Shown piece after piece: positions 48,435 to 60,865 of a stretch of DNA of 64,000 bases (position 1 is its first letter; each line of letters opens with the position of its first letter). The DNA lies in assembly GCA_965219685.1 (NCBI GenBank), contig CBDCOH010000002.1, positions 256,001-320,000 of the forward strand. The letters are read 5' to 3'. The notes below the pieces were generated by a model, which saw only the letters and a program-made list of their open reading frames with translations, made no database searches and was not told the DNA's origin. A program made the translations under genes and the position numbers. Source of the DNA: Candidatus Spongiisociaceae bacterium (GTDB lineage: Bacteria; Actinomycetota; Acidimicrobiia; Spongiisociales; Spongiisociaceae).

Positions 48435-49094
48435 ATGTCCGATTCCAGCTACTCCGTCCGTTGCCGTGAGTATGCCGAGGCCATCTGGGAACTGGAGGAG
48501 GCCGGGATCCGGGTGCTCCAGGCCCGGATAGCGCGCTGGCTGGGGGTCAGCCCGGCCAGCGTCTCGGAGATGATCCGGCGTATGCAGGCCGAGGGCCTCG
48601 TGACCATCGAGGACGAGGTGACTCTCACCGATGAGGGCCGTCACCTGGCGGCGGTGGTGGTGCGCCGTCACCGTCTCGCCGAACGTTTCCTCTCCGAGAT
48701 TCTCAAGCTCCCGTGGGCCAAGGTCCACGAGGAGGCCGAGGTCTGGGAGACGATGATCTCAGACGACGTCGAGAAGGCCATGTGGGCGGTGATGGAGGAC
48801 CCCAAGACCTGCCCCCACGGCAACCCGATCCCCGGCGCCGGTTACCAGCCTCCCAGGATGAAGCCGCTCGCCGACATGGAGAGGGGAGAGACACTGTCCC
48901 TGGAGCGGATATCGGAGGAGTTGGAACTCGATGCCGAGATGATGCGTTTCCTGGACGAGAACCACATCCGTCCCGACTCCGTGATCCGGATGGTTCAGAA
49001 GGACCCGTACGGCGCCCTGACCGTCGAGGTGGCGGAGCACCAGGTGGGCATCGGAGCCTTCGCGTCGGAACGCCTCTTCGTAGCCGTCGAGTAA
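48435..49094 (+). CDS. DtxR/IdeR/MntR family metal-dependent regulator with FeoA domain
   Basis: 'LGVSPASVSEM', 'RRHRLAERFL', 'HEEA', 'CPHGNPIP'. Confidence 0.92.
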   Translation: MSDSSYSVRCREYAEAIWELEEAGIRVLQARIARWLGVSPASVSEMIRRMQAEGLVTIEDEVTLTDEGRHLAAVVVRRHRLAERFLSEILKLPWAKVHEEAEVWETMISDDVEKAMWAVMEDPKTCPHGNPIPGAGYQPPRMKPLADMERGETLSLERISEELELDAEMMRFLDENHIRPDSVIRMVQKDPYGALTVEVAEHQVGIGAFASERLFVAVE

Positions 49095-49237
49095 CGGTCC
49101 TTGAGCGGACACGACCCTGTGCCTTCGTACCCTGGTCGGCCGCTCGGGTCTTGGACGCCGTCCGGCCCCCGCGATCGGGGTCCGTCGCCGGCGAGACGCG
49201 CAGTTCCCCTGGTTCCGGCCGGGCCGCTCCGGTTCGG

Positions 49238-49771
49238 ATGACCGAGCCCCTGGATCCGTTCGACTGGAGCCTGCTCAGGCGGATGGAGGCCCGTGTGCGG
49301 CGGGAGTTCGAGGCCGCCGAATCGGATGCCGCCCTGCTGGCGGCCCGCCGCCGGCGGCTGGCCGACGTAGCTTGGGAGGCGGCACAGTCCGGCAAGCAGG
49401 TGAGCGTCAGGGTGGGAAGCCGCCAGTTGGCCGGGAAGCCCCTCTATGCCCGCAACGACCTGATGAGCCTCGAGACGGCCAACGGTCGAGTGGATGTCTG
49501 CTTGCCCAACATCGACGCCATGACGGTGACACAGTCACGCGCCGAGGGATTGTCGGTTCGCAAGGACGCCGAGACCTTTGCCGCCCGGATCGCGATGCTG
49601 CAGCTGACCCGCGAGCGGGTCGAGATCGTATGCCGGGGTGGGGAGGCGCGATTCGACGGGACGATCGAGTACGTGGCCCGTGATCACGTGGCGCTGGCCG
49701 GGTCTCGCGGTGAGGTTCTCGTGGCGCTGGAAGCCATCGCCTATCTGGTGCTTCGTCCGGAATTGCGCTGA
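49238..49771 (+). CDS. Conserved hypothetical protein with two small beta-barrel-like repeats
   Basis: Coherent ORF; 'GTIEYVARDHV.L' resembles an actinobacterial hypothetical family. Confidence 0.65.
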   Translation: MTEPLDPFDWSLLRRMEARVRREFEAAESDAALLAARRRRLADVAWEAAQSGKQVSVRVGSRQLAGKPLYARNDLMSLETANGRVDVCLPNIDAMTVTQSRAEGLSVRKDAETFAARIAMLQLTRERVEIVCRGGEARFDGTIEYVARDHVALAGSRGEVLVALEAIAYLVLRPELR

Positions 49772-49992
49772 CCTAGACGGATTCGGATCAGCACACGGTT
49801 AACCGTTCCTACTCCTCGGTCAAGCCGCGTCTCTGATCTCCCCTAGACTGGAGTCAGCCTCTAATTGACGTTGTTCCTTCTAAGTACAATGGTTTATACA
49901 CTGCTAAAAATGTGTAGCTCATTTTAACGAATGAATGCACCATACAATCGAAGTTCGGTCTAGATTGAGATGCCATCAGGCCTACATCGGGG

Positions 49993-50721
49993 GTGAACGG
50001 GATGGTGAGGACCGAGACGGCGGGTCGGATCGCTTCGACGCCGAAGGGGGCGAAACGCCCCAGGCGGAGCATCTTCAGCCGGTTGTCATTCGGACACGTG
50101 GTGATGATCTCCGCAGGACTGCTGGCGTTCCTGCTGAACATGCTGGTCCTGCGGAGCAAGGGCGAGACGGTGGAGGTCCCGGTAGCGGCGCAGCCGATAA
50201 CCGCCGGAACCCGACTCCGGGCGGAGGATGTCGGGTACCGGTTGGTTGACGCCGAGGGACCTTTCCTGGAACGGGTGCTCCACCGGGAAGCGGTGGCGTC
50301 TCTCCTGGGCCACGTAGTCATCCGCGACATCGATCCGGGGGCTCCCCTGCTGGCCGATGACCTGAAGCCGGTCGCCGCACCCGATGCCGGTAGGGCGATG
50401 AACATTCCGGTCCCGCCGGATCATGCGGTCGGCGCAGCCCTGTCCGTCGGTGATCGGGTGGATGTCATCGCCGTGGATGACGGGGGTAGCCGCTTCGTGG
50501 CTACGGGCATCGAAGTGCTCGGGGTGGCTCTCGGCGGGAGCCGCACCTCCGGCGACCGGTTCGGCGTCACGGTGGCGGTCAGCGAGGAGGAGGCGCTGGC
50601 CATAGCGGCGGCGATCGACGGGGATGCCGTACACCTGGTCAGGTCGACGGGCAGCTCCGAGATCGGCGCGGCGCCGGAACCGGTAGCGCCCCGGGCTCCG
50701 GGAACGGGGTCGCGGTCGTGA
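49993..50721 (+). CDS. cpaB: Flp pilus assembly protein CpaB/RcpC-like (SAF domain)
   Basis: TM segment + 'VAAQPITAGTRL', 'L.VGDRVDVI'. Confidence 0.8.
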   Translation: MNGMVRTETAGRIASTPKGAKRPRRSIFSRLSFGHVVMISAGLLAFLLNMLVLRSKGETVEVPVAAQPITAGTRLRAEDVGYRLVDAEGPFLERVLHREAVASLLGHVVIRDIDPGAPLLADDLKPVAAPDAGRAMNIPVPPDHAVGAALSVGDRVDVIAVDDGGSRFVATGIEVLGVALGGSRTSGDRFGVTVAVSEEEALAIAAAIDGDAVHLVRSTGSSEIGAAPEPVAPRAPGTGSRS

Positions 50722-51881
50722 TGGGACCGGAACCCGTCATCGCGATCGCCGGCTCCCAGAGATCATGGGCGGCTGAACTCGTGCGCTTCCTGAGCGACTT
50801 CGGCGGGGCGCGCTTCATGGGGACCGTGCTGACGGCCCGCCAAGCGCTCGAGTCCACCTACGAGGTGCTTCTCATCGATGACATCACCAGCTACCTCAGT
50901 CCGCGGCTTATCGAGCGGGTCAGGGGCAGCGGGCGGAAGGTGATCGGCGTTTACGACCCGGAGTCCGGAGACCGTGGTCGCAAACGGCTGAGAACGATGG
51001 GCGTGGATGCGGTCATCCCGGCGGATGCCGGGGCGGAGGCGATCCTGGAGACCATCGCCGCCATCGGACCGGGCCGCCCCGCGCGCGCCGTCGCCGAAGC
51101 CACCCCGACTCCGGAGCCGGACGCTCCGGTGCGGGTGACCGCGATAGCCGGAGGGGACTTGGCGGGCGACTTCGCGGTCGCCCTGGGTGGTTCATTCCGG
51201 GCGAGCAACAGGACGACGCTCCTCCTCGAGGCCGACACGGTGACGCCGATGATGGCCCAACGACTCTCGATGCCGATGGTTCCCAACCTGCTCACCGCCC
51301 TCGACGCCCACATACAGTTGCGGGGCGATGTCCGCGACTCCTTCCTCGCGGGACCGTACGGCGTCACCCTCCTGACCGGGATTCCCGAGGTATCGGAGTG
51401 GGAGACGATCCGTTCCGATGAGGTCATCGATCTGGTGGAGACGGCCGCCGAGTGGTTCGACGAGCTGATCGTGAAGGTTTCCCCCTTCCTGGAGAATCTC
51501 GCCGGGTTCGGCAGCAGGGGCGGCCGCTTCGAGGTGAACCGGTCCATGGTCGGACTGGCCCGAGATGTGGTGTACGTGGCCGAGCCGACACCGGTGGGCC
51601 TGTCGAGGTCTCTGCGGTGGATAGCGCAGGCCCGCCGCCTCACCGCGGCTCGCCTCCATATCGTGTTCGGGGGGGCTGCCACCACCTCCTTCCAGCGTGG
51701 TGAGTTGAGCGACGAACTGACCCGGAGTTACCTGCCGTCGTCCATCACGTGGCTTCCTGTCGACAACGGCAGGGATCGGGCGGTCTGGAACGGTACCGCG
51801 ATCCCGAGGGGACCGTTCATCAAGACGGTGGAGAGGCTCGGGGCCACCATCCTCGAAAGGGACTCCGAGGTACCCGGATGA
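50718..51881 (+). CDS. CpaE/TadZ-like protein (receiver-like domain + degenerate MinD/ParA domain)
   Basis: Position in the operon; 'LLLEAD', 'FDELIV', 'VAEPTPVGL'. No intact P-loop. Confidence 0.7.
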   Translation: MMGPEPVIAIAGSQRSWAAELVRFLSDFGGARFMGTVLTARQALESTYEVLLIDDITSYLSPRLIERVRGSGRKVIGVYDPESGDRGRKRLRTMGVDAVIPADAGAEAILETIAAIGPGRPARAVAEATPTPEPDAPVRVTAIAGGDLAGDFAVALGGSFRASNRTTLLLEADTVTPMMAQRLSMPMVPNLLTALDAHIQLRGDVRDSFLAGPYGVTLLTGIPEVSEWETIRSDEVIDLVETAAEWFDELIVKVSPFLENLAGFGSRGGRFEVNRSMVGLARDVVYVAEPTPVGLSRSLRWIAQARRLTAARLHIVFGGAATTSFQRGELSDELTRSYLPSSITWLPVDNGRDRAVWNGTAIPRGPFIKTVERLGATILERDSEVPG

Positions 51882-53164
51882 GGACCAGCGCCTACGACAC
51901 GCTCCGCCGCCGCGCCGCGGAGCGAATCGGCGAACGCGAACTCGACCCCCTGAGAGATGGAGACGAGATCCGTGCCGAAGTCGACCGGCTGGTGTCCGCC
52001 TACCAACGGCGCGCCCGTGCGGGTGACGGTGTAAGACCCTTCCGCGATCCGGCCGAGTTGGCGGATCGGCTGATCGACTCCCTCGTCGGTTACGGGCCGC
52101 TGACACCGGTCATCGACCGTCACGACATCGAGGAGGTGTTCATCGAGGGGGATCGCATCTCGTTCATAGACGCCTCGGGTCGCCTCCAGGCTCTCGACGC
52201 TCCCGCCTCCGAGGAGGAGAACCGCCAGATCGTGGCGCGCATCCTGGCTGGGACCAACCGCCGGCTCGACACTTCCAACCCCATCGAGCAGGCCAGGGTT
52301 CTGGGAGGTCGGGCCAGGCTCACCGCGGTCATCCCTCCGGTCGCCGACCGGCTCTCGGTGACCATCCGCAAGTACACGGTCAAGAACTACGACCTCCGGT
52401 TCCTGGTCGAGGGGGAGGTGCTCTCCTCTCCTGCGGCCGCCTTCCTGTGGGCAGCTGCCCAGGCCAGCACGACGGTCCTATTCAGCGGCCCGCCCGGCGC
52501 CGGGAAGACCACGTTGATGAGCGCGTACCTGCGCGCGGTCCCCCCGGAGCGCTGTATGAGAGTCTGCGAGGAGGTAAGGGAGCTGGACATTCCCCTGGTG
52601 CACGGAAGTTTCTACGAAGCGACACCACCAACCCTCGACGGAGGCCGCCGCTACACCTTGAGAGACTTGGTGAAGGTTGTCCTGGCCCAGCGGCCGGACC
52701 TGATCTGCGTCGGCGAGGTCCGCGGTGCCGAGGCTTTCGAGCTGACCCGTGCGGTCAACGCCGGATGCGGCTTTGCATGCACCATCCATGCCGACTCGGC
52801 GCCGGCTGCGCTCGTGGCCCTGGTCAACTCGGCCCTGATGGCGGGCGAGAACGTGACGGAGAGGGTCCTCACCCGGATATTCAGCACGGCGATCGACTTT
52901 GTCGTGCACCTCCGCAGGGACCAGCAGGGGGAGGGCACCGGAGGAATCCGGCGCCGTGTCGTGGAGATCGTGGCCCTGACCTCGGGGCGCCAGGACGGGG
53001 ATTTCGCGGCCGACACCCTGTTCCGGCGGGAGCGACTGGAGGAGCCGCTCCTGTGGACGGGAGCAGTGCCTCCTCCTGAGACGGTCGCCCGGGTCGAGTG
53101 GTCCCTCCCAGACGGTGTGTCCGTCGAGTCGATCCTGTCCGGGAAGTGGCAACCTCCGTCGTGA
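51878..53164 (+). CDS. cpaF: Tad secretion ATPase CpaF/TadA
   Basis: 'GYGPL', SGPPGAGKTT, 'RPDLICVGEVRGAE', 'TIHA'. Confidence 0.93.
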   Translation: MRTSAYDTLRRRAAERIGERELDPLRDGDEIRAEVDRLVSAYQRRARAGDGVRPFRDPAELADRLIDSLVGYGPLTPVIDRHDIEEVFIEGDRISFIDASGRLQALDAPASEEENRQIVARILAGTNRRLDTSNPIEQARVLGGRARLTAVIPPVADRLSVTIRKYTVKNYDLRFLVEGEVLSSPAAAFLWAAAQASTTVLFSGPPGAGKTTLMSAYLRAVPPERCMRVCEEVRELDIPLVHGSFYEATPPTLDGGRRYTLRDLVKVVLAQRPDLICVGEVRGAEAFELTRAVNAGCGFACTIHADSAPAALVALVNSALMAGENVTERVLTRIFSTAIDFVVHLRRDQQGEGTGGIRRRVVEIVALTSGRQDGDFAADTLFRRERLEEPLLWTGAVPPPETVARVEWSLPDGVSVESILSGKWQPPS

Positions 53165-54060
53165 TACTCCTGGCATCCCTGCTGACGGCTGTTGCCGCAT
53201 ACGCGGCTGCCGGCCTGATGACCGGTAACCCGGTGCGGCCCCGGCCACGGAGGCCGGCCGGGCGGGACGAATCCCGCCGCCGTCTGTGGCTCATCCAGGC
53301 AGGCAGCAGGCTGACCGTCCACCAGTTCGTGGCACTATCGGTGGGCACCGGACTCGCCGCGCTGGTTCTCCTCAACGCGCTGACCGGTGCCTGGTGGCTG
53401 GCCGCCGTCCCGGCCGTCGCCTCCTCCCTTATTCCGCACTTCTACTACGCCCGGCGACGGAGCGAACGGCTCAGGCGACTTGCCCGGGCATGGCCGGACG
53501 CCCTCCGCGACATCCTGGCCTCGATCGCAGCCGGCTCCACGCTGTTGAGCGCGCTCTACGACCTTTCCGACCGCGGTCCGGTTCCGCTACGGCCTGCGTT
53601 CACCCGGTTCCGCCTGGTTGCGAGGATGATGGGATTGGTAGCGGCCCTCGAGCTGACCAAGGAGGAACTCGGGGATCCGGTCTCCGACCGTGTCGTCGAG
53701 GTGCTGGTGCTCGCGTACGAGCACGGAGGTGGCCTGGTCACTGAGGTGCTTCGGGATCTGGTCGGGGAGATAACCGAGGACCTCAGGCTGGACAGCGAGA
53801 TCCGCTCCGACGGGACCGAGCAACGGATCGAGAGCAGGGTGGTCCTCATCATCCCATGGGTGCTGCTGCTGTTCCTCGCCACCACCTCCGAGCAGTACCA
53901 GGCTTACTACCGGTCCGCCGACGGCCTGGTCGTGGTCACGCTCGCCGCCGCTTGGTCGCTGGTCGGGGTGCTGCTGATGAAACGCATCGGCCGGTCCGTG
54001 ACCGAACGCCGGGTTCTGGTCCGGTCCACACGAGGGGGAGACTCCGGAGGGCCGGAGTGA
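53161..54060 (+). CDS. tadB: TadB-like T2SS-F family protein
   Basis: 'WPDAL.....I.AG..L', 'GG....VL'. Confidence 0.85.
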   Translation: MILLASLLTAVAAYAAAGLMTGNPVRPRPRRPAGRDESRRRLWLIQAGSRLTVHQFVALSVGTGLAALVLLNALTGAWWLAAVPAVASSLIPHFYYARRRSERLRRLARAWPDALRDILASIAAGSTLLSALYDLSDRGPVPLRPAFTRFRLVARMMGLVAALELTKEELGDPVSDRVVEVLVLAYEHGGGLVTEVLRDLVGEITEDLRLDSEIRSDGTEQRIESRVVLIIPWVLLLFLATTSEQYQAYYRSADGLVVVTLAAAWSLVGVLLMKRIGRSVTERRVLVRSTRGGDSGGPE

Positions 54061-55010
54061 ACACCGGTCTCGCGATAGGAGCGATCGCGGCCTCCGTCAC
54101 GTTCGCCGTGGTGGGCGCCGCGCTGGTCGTGCGTCCATTACGCCGGCTCGGGCCCAGGGTTCGCCCCTACACCGCGGCGACCCGGGTCGACCTCGGACTC
54201 AGGCCGGATGTGTCACGGCGGGTCGGGCCGCGTGCGGGATCCGGCGGTTCCCGGTCCAACCGGATCCTGCACTCGATCTCCGGTGGACTGGACCGGTTGG
54301 CGAGCCTCCTCGTGCTCGGCGACGAGGAGAGCCTGGCGCTCCGCCTGCGCCAGTCAGGTCTGTATCAGGGGTTGGATGAGGCGAGGCGACTCCAGGCGTA
54401 CCGGATGGGTGCGATCGGTCGCACTGTCCTGTTCGCGGGCGGCTTGGTGACGCTTGCCCTGCTCACGAACGGTTCGGCCGCGAGGGTGCTCGCCTTCGGG
54501 ACGGCCGGCGCCTTTCTCGGCGGGTTCCTGACCCGCTCGCGGTTGACCGGGGCGATCCGGCGCCGGAGGGAGTCCATCCGGGCCGAGCTCTACACGATCA
54601 ACCAACTCGTCGCCATGTATACGCGGGTCGGGGGCGGCGCGCTAGAGGCTATCCGCTACGTGGTGGAGCGCGCCCGAGGCGTGGTCGTCGACGAGATGGC
54701 GGAGGTCATGCAACTCCATGAGAGAGGCTGGTCGCTTCGCGAGGCTCTCGAGCGGGCCGAAAGGCTCACTCCTGAACCAGAGGCCGCCCGGACCTACCGC
54801 CTCGTGGCGACCTCGCAGGAGCAGGGTTCCGATCTCGCCGAGGCACTGCTGGGCCTTTCCAAGGACCTGAGAGCGCAGCGACGCGACGACCTGCGCCGCC
54901 AGGCGGCGAGGCGAAGGATCATGATGGTCGTCCCTGTGGTGGTCATCCTGGCGCCGGTGACCCTGCTTTTCATGGCGGCGCCGATCCCTTCCATCGTCTT
55001 CGGCGGCTAA
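54057..55010 (+). CDS. tadC: TadC-like T2SS-F family protein
   Basis: 'G..L.EAL', 'G.DLAEAL.....LR', C-terminal TM 'VPVVVILAP'. Confidence 0.85.
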   Translation: MNTGLAIGAIAASVTFAVVGAALVVRPLRRLGPRVRPYTAATRVDLGLRPDVSRRVGPRAGSGGSRSNRILHSISGGLDRLASLLVLGDEESLALRLRQSGLYQGLDEARRLQAYRMGAIGRTVLFAGGLVTLALLTNGSAARVLAFGTAGAFLGGFLTRSRLTGAIRRRRESIRAELYTINQLVAMYTRVGGGALEAIRYVVERARGVVVDEMAEVMQLHERGWSLREALERAERLTPEPEAARTYRLVATSQEQGSDLAEALLGLSKDLRAQRRDDLRRQAARRRIMMVVPVVVILAPVTLLFMAAPIPSIVFGG

Positions 55011-55087
55011 GCCGAGAGGGGTCGCTACTCGCCGACGATGTTGTTGTCCACGGACAGAAGTCGACACTTCCCCAGAAAGGAACGAGG

Positions 55088-55291
55088 GTGAAGGAAACGG
55101 TACTCAACAGGGCCAAGCGGTATGCGCGGAGTTGGTCCGCTCGGATGCTCGACGAATGCGGCGCGGCCGAGACTTCGACGATCCTGGCTTGGATCGTCGT
55201 CGGGGTCCTGGTCGTGTTCGCACTGCAACAGGGCCTCGAGGAGGCGGGCACGCAGGTAATCGACTGGATAAAGGCGAAGTTCAAGCAGTAG
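55088..55291 (+). CDS. Flp-type pilin (putative)
   Basis: 67 aa; basic leader, 'DECG' then a hydrophobic helix; follows tadC. Confidence 0.7.
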   Translation: MKETVLNRAKRYARSWSARMLDECGAAETSTILAWIVVGVLVVFALQQGLEEAGTQVIDWIKAKFKQ

Positions 55292-55361
55292 GCATGGTCG
55301 CGGAGAGCCGCCTGAGAATCGCAGATCCGTGCGAAGGTGTTCGTGGATGGGAGATGCGGCG

Positions 55362-55565
55362 TTGAATGACTTCTCCCGGTACCCGCCGGTTCTCGACCTG
55401 CCCGGGGTGGCCGATCTGCTGGGGATCTCGATCGAGGAGACCCGCCGCCTGAGCGGCGAGGGGTGGATCCACGCGGTACGCCTCGAGGGCCGCGTGCTGT
55501 TCCACCGGGATCGGGTGATCGACTGGCTCCGGTCGCAGCGGGTGACGCCCCCGGATCACGGGTGA
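55362..55565 (+). CDS. Excisionase-like HTH (HTH_17) DNA-binding protein
   Basis: 'VLDLPGVADLLGIS.E..RRL..EG.I.AVR.EG...F.R.....W'. Confidence 0.8.
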   Translation: MNDFSRYPPVLDLPGVADLLGISIEETRRLSGEGWIHAVRLEGRVLFHRDRVIDWLRSQRVTPPDHG

Positions 55566-55630
55566 TGATCCCCGTCCCGGGGAGCCGGAGTGGAAAGGCG
55601 CCGGCTCGCGTCCGGGCGAGGCTACACTGG

Positions 55631-55646
55631 TAGAACATATGTTCGT
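55631..55646. promoter_or_regulatory. LexA (SOS) box upstream of ruvC
   Basis: TAGAACATATGTTCGT fits GAAC-N4-GTTC; -10-like TACACT at 55623-55628. Confidence 0.8.
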
Positions 55647-55669
55647 GTTGCCCGGATGCTGAGTCGCCC

Positions 55670-56182
55670 ATGCTGGTCATCGGCATAGACCCCGGCCTGA
55701 CGACGACCGGCTTCGGCGCGGTCCGCAAGGCCGGTAGCAGGGTCGAGGTAGTGGCGGCCGGCGTGATCCGCACCGACAAGGACCTGTCGGCGGCGCGGCG
55801 GCTCGACAGTCTCCACACGGACATGACCGAGCTCATCGCGGATGTGCAGCCCGAGGTGATGGCCGTGGAACGGGTCTTCATGAACCGCAACCGGCTCACC
55901 GCTACGAGGGTCGGCCAGGCATCCGGAGTGGTGATGCTGGCGGCGGCGCTGGCCGGGATCGACGTGTTCGAGTACTCGCCGTCGGCGGTCAAGGCGGTCG
56001 TGACCGGTGACGGGTCGGCGTCGAAGGTTCAGGTCCAGCAAATGGTGGCCCGCCGGCTCGGCCTGGCCGCGGTTCCGTCTCCGGCCGACACCGCGGACGC
56101 GCTGGCGATAGCCCTGTGCCACATGCAGAGCATGGGCAACATGGTGGGACGTTTGACCGCGGTTCATGGAGGTAGGAGATGA
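55670..56182 (+). CDS. ruvC: Holliday junction resolvase RuvC
   Basis: 'GIDPG...GFG', 'AVE', 'K..V.G.G.A.K.QV', 'D.ADALAIA'. Confidence 0.96.
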   Translation: MLVIGIDPGLTTTGFGAVRKAGSRVEVVAAGVIRTDKDLSAARRLDSLHTDMTELIADVQPEVMAVERVFMNRNRLTATRVGQASGVVMLAAALAGIDVFEYSPSAVKAVVTGDGSASKVQVQQMVARRLGLAAVPSPADTADALAIALCHMQSMGNMVGRLTAVHGGRR

Positions 56183-56748
56183 TCGGTCGTCTGCGCGGTG
56201 TACTGGTGGCCCGGACCGCCACCGGCGTGGTGATAGAGGTCGGCGGGGTCGGCTACGAGGTGAACGTCACTCCCCGCGACCAGGCGTCGCTTCCCATGCT
56301 CGGCGAGGAAGTGGTCGTGCACACCCATCTGGTGGTGCGCGAGGACCTGCTGGCGCTGTACGGGTTCGAGGGGGAGCAGAGCCGCGACATGTTCCGGGTT
56401 CTGCTGGGGTCGAGCGGTGTGGGTCCGGCCCTGGCGATGTCGATCCTGGCCACGCTGCGGCCGGACGAGGTCCGCATGGCGGTTGCCACCGAGGATGTCC
56501 AGGCGCTGGTGGCGGTGCACGGGATCGGCAAGCGGACCGCAGAGAAGCTGATCCTCGAGTTACGTCCCAAGATGGGGGCGCTCACCACCCGTTCCGCGGC
56601 GTCCGGCAACCTCTCCCGTGCCCGGGAGGCGTTGGAGTCCTTGGGTTACCAGGCGGCCGAGATACGGGAGGCGCTCGGTGAGGTTCCCACCGACGGCTCG
56701 GTGGAGGATCTGGTCCGGAATGCGCTACGGGTGCTGGCCCGCAGGTAA
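56179..56748 (+). CDS. ruvA: Holliday junction branch migration protein RuvA
   Basis: 'MIGRLRG', 'GGVGYEV', 'LYGF', 'GIGKRTAEK'. Confidence 0.96.
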   Translation: MIGRLRGVLVARTATGVVIEVGGVGYEVNVTPRDQASLPMLGEEVVVHTHLVVREDLLALYGFEGEQSRDMFRVLLGSSGVGPALAMSILATLRPDEVRMAVATEDVQALVAVHGIGKRTAEKLILELRPKMGALTTRSAASGNLSRAREALESLGYQAAEIREALGEVPTDGSVEDLVRNALRVLARR

Positions 56749-56759
56749 GGGGGCCGGGG

Positions 56760-57791
56760 ATGCGTGAGGACGGCCTGCTGGTAGCGCAGGCGACCGGTGA
56801 GGAGCAGGTCAGCGAGGTGATGCTGCGGCCTCGCTCCCTGGAGGAGTTCGTCGGCCAGCCCAAGATCAAGGAGAGGCTGGCCATCTCCATGGAGGCCTCC
56901 GAGACCCTGGGGCGTCCCATGGATCACCTGCTCCTATCGGGACCTCCGGGCCTCGGGAAGACCACCCTGGCCCGGATCATCGCCTACGAGACGGGAGCCC
57001 AGCTGCGGTCGACCTCGGGACCGGCCGTGGAGAGGCCGGGCGACCTCGCCGCCATCCTCTCCGGATTGGAGCACGGTGATGTGTTGTTCATCGACGAGAT
57101 CCACCGGCTGCCGAGGGTGGTCGAAGAGGTGCTCTACTCGGCCATGGAGGACTTCGCCCTCGACATAGTGGTGGGAAAGGGGCCCACAGCCCAATCCCTG
57201 CGCTTGGGCCTGCCCCGTTTCACATTGGTGGGTGCCACCACCCGGATAGGCACGGTGACCGCCCCGCTGCGGGACCGTTTCGGCATGGTCGACCGGCTCG
57301 ACTACTACGAGGCCGACGACCTGGAGCAGATCGTGGTGCGCTCCGCTTCGATCATCGGGGTGCCCGTCACTGCGGGGGGCGCCCGCCGGATCGCCACGCG
57401 CAGCAGGGGCACGCCCCGGATCGCCAACCGGCTGCTGGCCCGGGTGAGCGAGTACGCCATCGCCCGCGCCGACGGCCGGGTCGACTCCCGGATCGCCGAG
57501 GAGGGCCTGGCCATCTGGGAGGTCGACGACCTGGGCCTCGACAAAGTGGACCGTTTCATCCTGGATGCGATCGTCTCCAAGTTCGGCGGCGGACCGGTGG
57601 GGCTCACCACCCTGGCCATCGCGGTGGGTGAGGAACCCGAGACCATCGAAGCCGCCTACGAACCGTTCCTGGTCCAGCAGGGTCTGGTGTCGCGCACTCC
57701 GCGGGGCCGGGTGGCGACCTCCCGCACCTATCAACACCTGGGAGTTCCGGAGCCCGGATCCGCGCAGGGTTCCCTGCTCGGCCAGGGTTAG
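56760..57791 (+). CDS. ruvB: Holliday junction helicase RuvB
   Basis: 'LRP..L.EFVGQ', GPPGLGKTTLA, 'FIDEIHR', 'RTPRGR'. Confidence 0.97.
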   Translation: MREDGLLVAQATGEEQVSEVMLRPRSLEEFVGQPKIKERLAISMEASETLGRPMDHLLLSGPPGLGKTTLARIIAYETGAQLRSTSGPAVERPGDLAAILSGLEHGDVLFIDEIHRLPRVVEEVLYSAMEDFALDIVVGKGPTAQSLRLGLPRFTLVGATTRIGTVTAPLRDRFGMVDRLDYYEADDLEQIVVRSASIIGVPVTAGGARRIATRSRGTPRIANRLLARVSEYAIARADGRVDSRIAEEGLAIWEVDDLGLDKVDRFILDAIVSKFGGGPVGLTTLAIAVGEEPETIEAAYEPFLVQQGLVSRTPRGRVATSRTYQHLGVPEPGSAQGSLLGQG

Positions 57792-58136
57792 TAGTTACCG
57801 GCCGCTACACCAGCACAGAGTGCTCGCGGAGGACGATCACCGAGCCGTCCTTGCCCCTCACCGCCACACTTGCGGCCGCGACGCTGCGTGGTGCCACAAA
57901 CAAGCTCCAAACATGGACAGGCCCGGCGATCACCGGGCCCGTCGGGCCAGAGCTGCTCACCCTGGCGGGGTTCTGCCGACCACGATACCGGTCTTCGTGA
58001 CGGAAGTCAACCATCCTGGTTGTCTCTATACTCAAAGAACGTGTGATTACATACATTGACGGTTCTAATCCTTACTACAGGAGTCCAGTTCCCTGGGGTC
58101 CGCTGTAATCGCCGGACGCGCCATAGAGATGGGTGA

Positions 58137-60343
<2,207 letters not shown>

Positions 60344-60350
60344 ACCCCGC

Positions 60351-60448
60351 CCACTCACCATTCACCATTCACCATTCACCATTCACCATTCACCATTCAC
60401 CACTCACCACTCACCATTCACCATTCACCATTCACCATTCACCACTCA
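60351..60448 (+). repeat. Heptamer tandem repeat CCAYTCA x14
   Basis: Read directly between tgt and yajC. Confidence 0.95.
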
Positions 60449-60544
60449 CCAACCCACCGACTACCATCGGGGTACCCGTCGCCGAGGCGGGTCGGTCCGA
60501 ACCCGGAGGGGCCCGAAACAGGCCCGATAGGAGAATGTGACGTC

Positions 60545-60859
60545 GTGCCGGTGTCTTTGATTGCCCAGGCCGAAGGAGGCGACAGTTTCAGCTTCCTGCT
60601 GCCCCTGCTGCTCCTCGGAGCTCTCATGTACTTCCTGATCATCCGCCCGCAGCGAAAGAGGATGCGCCGCCAGCGTGAACTCTCCGCCGCGCTGGAGATC
60701 GGGGACCAGGTCAGGACGATCGGGGGATTGTTCGGGGTGGTGGTCGGGCTTGGTGACGATTGGGTGGTTCTCGGTGTCGAGGACGGGCGGATACGGGTGC
60801 AGAAGAGCGCCATCGCCGGTCGCGCCGGACCCGACAACCCGTCCGATACCGGGTCGTAA
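60545..60859 (+). CDS. yajC: Preprotein translocase subunit YajC
   Basis: 'YFLIIRPQRKR', 'GD.V.TIGGL.G'. Confidence 0.95.
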   Translation: MPVSLIAQAEGGDSFSFLLPLLLLGALMYFLIIRPQRKRMRRQRELSAALEIGDQVRTIGGLFGVVVGLGDDWVVLGVEDGRIRVQKSAIAGRAGPDNPSDTGS

Positions 60860-60865
60860 CCCGGC

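Noticed and set aside
57792-58136. Possible preQ1 riboswitch or small ORF upstream of queA
   Set aside because: No preQ1 stem with A-rich tail is recognisable, and the short ORFs lack motifs or an RBS.
60351-60448. Possible CRISPR array
   Set aside because: A pure 7-bp tandem repeat with no spacers and no cas genes.
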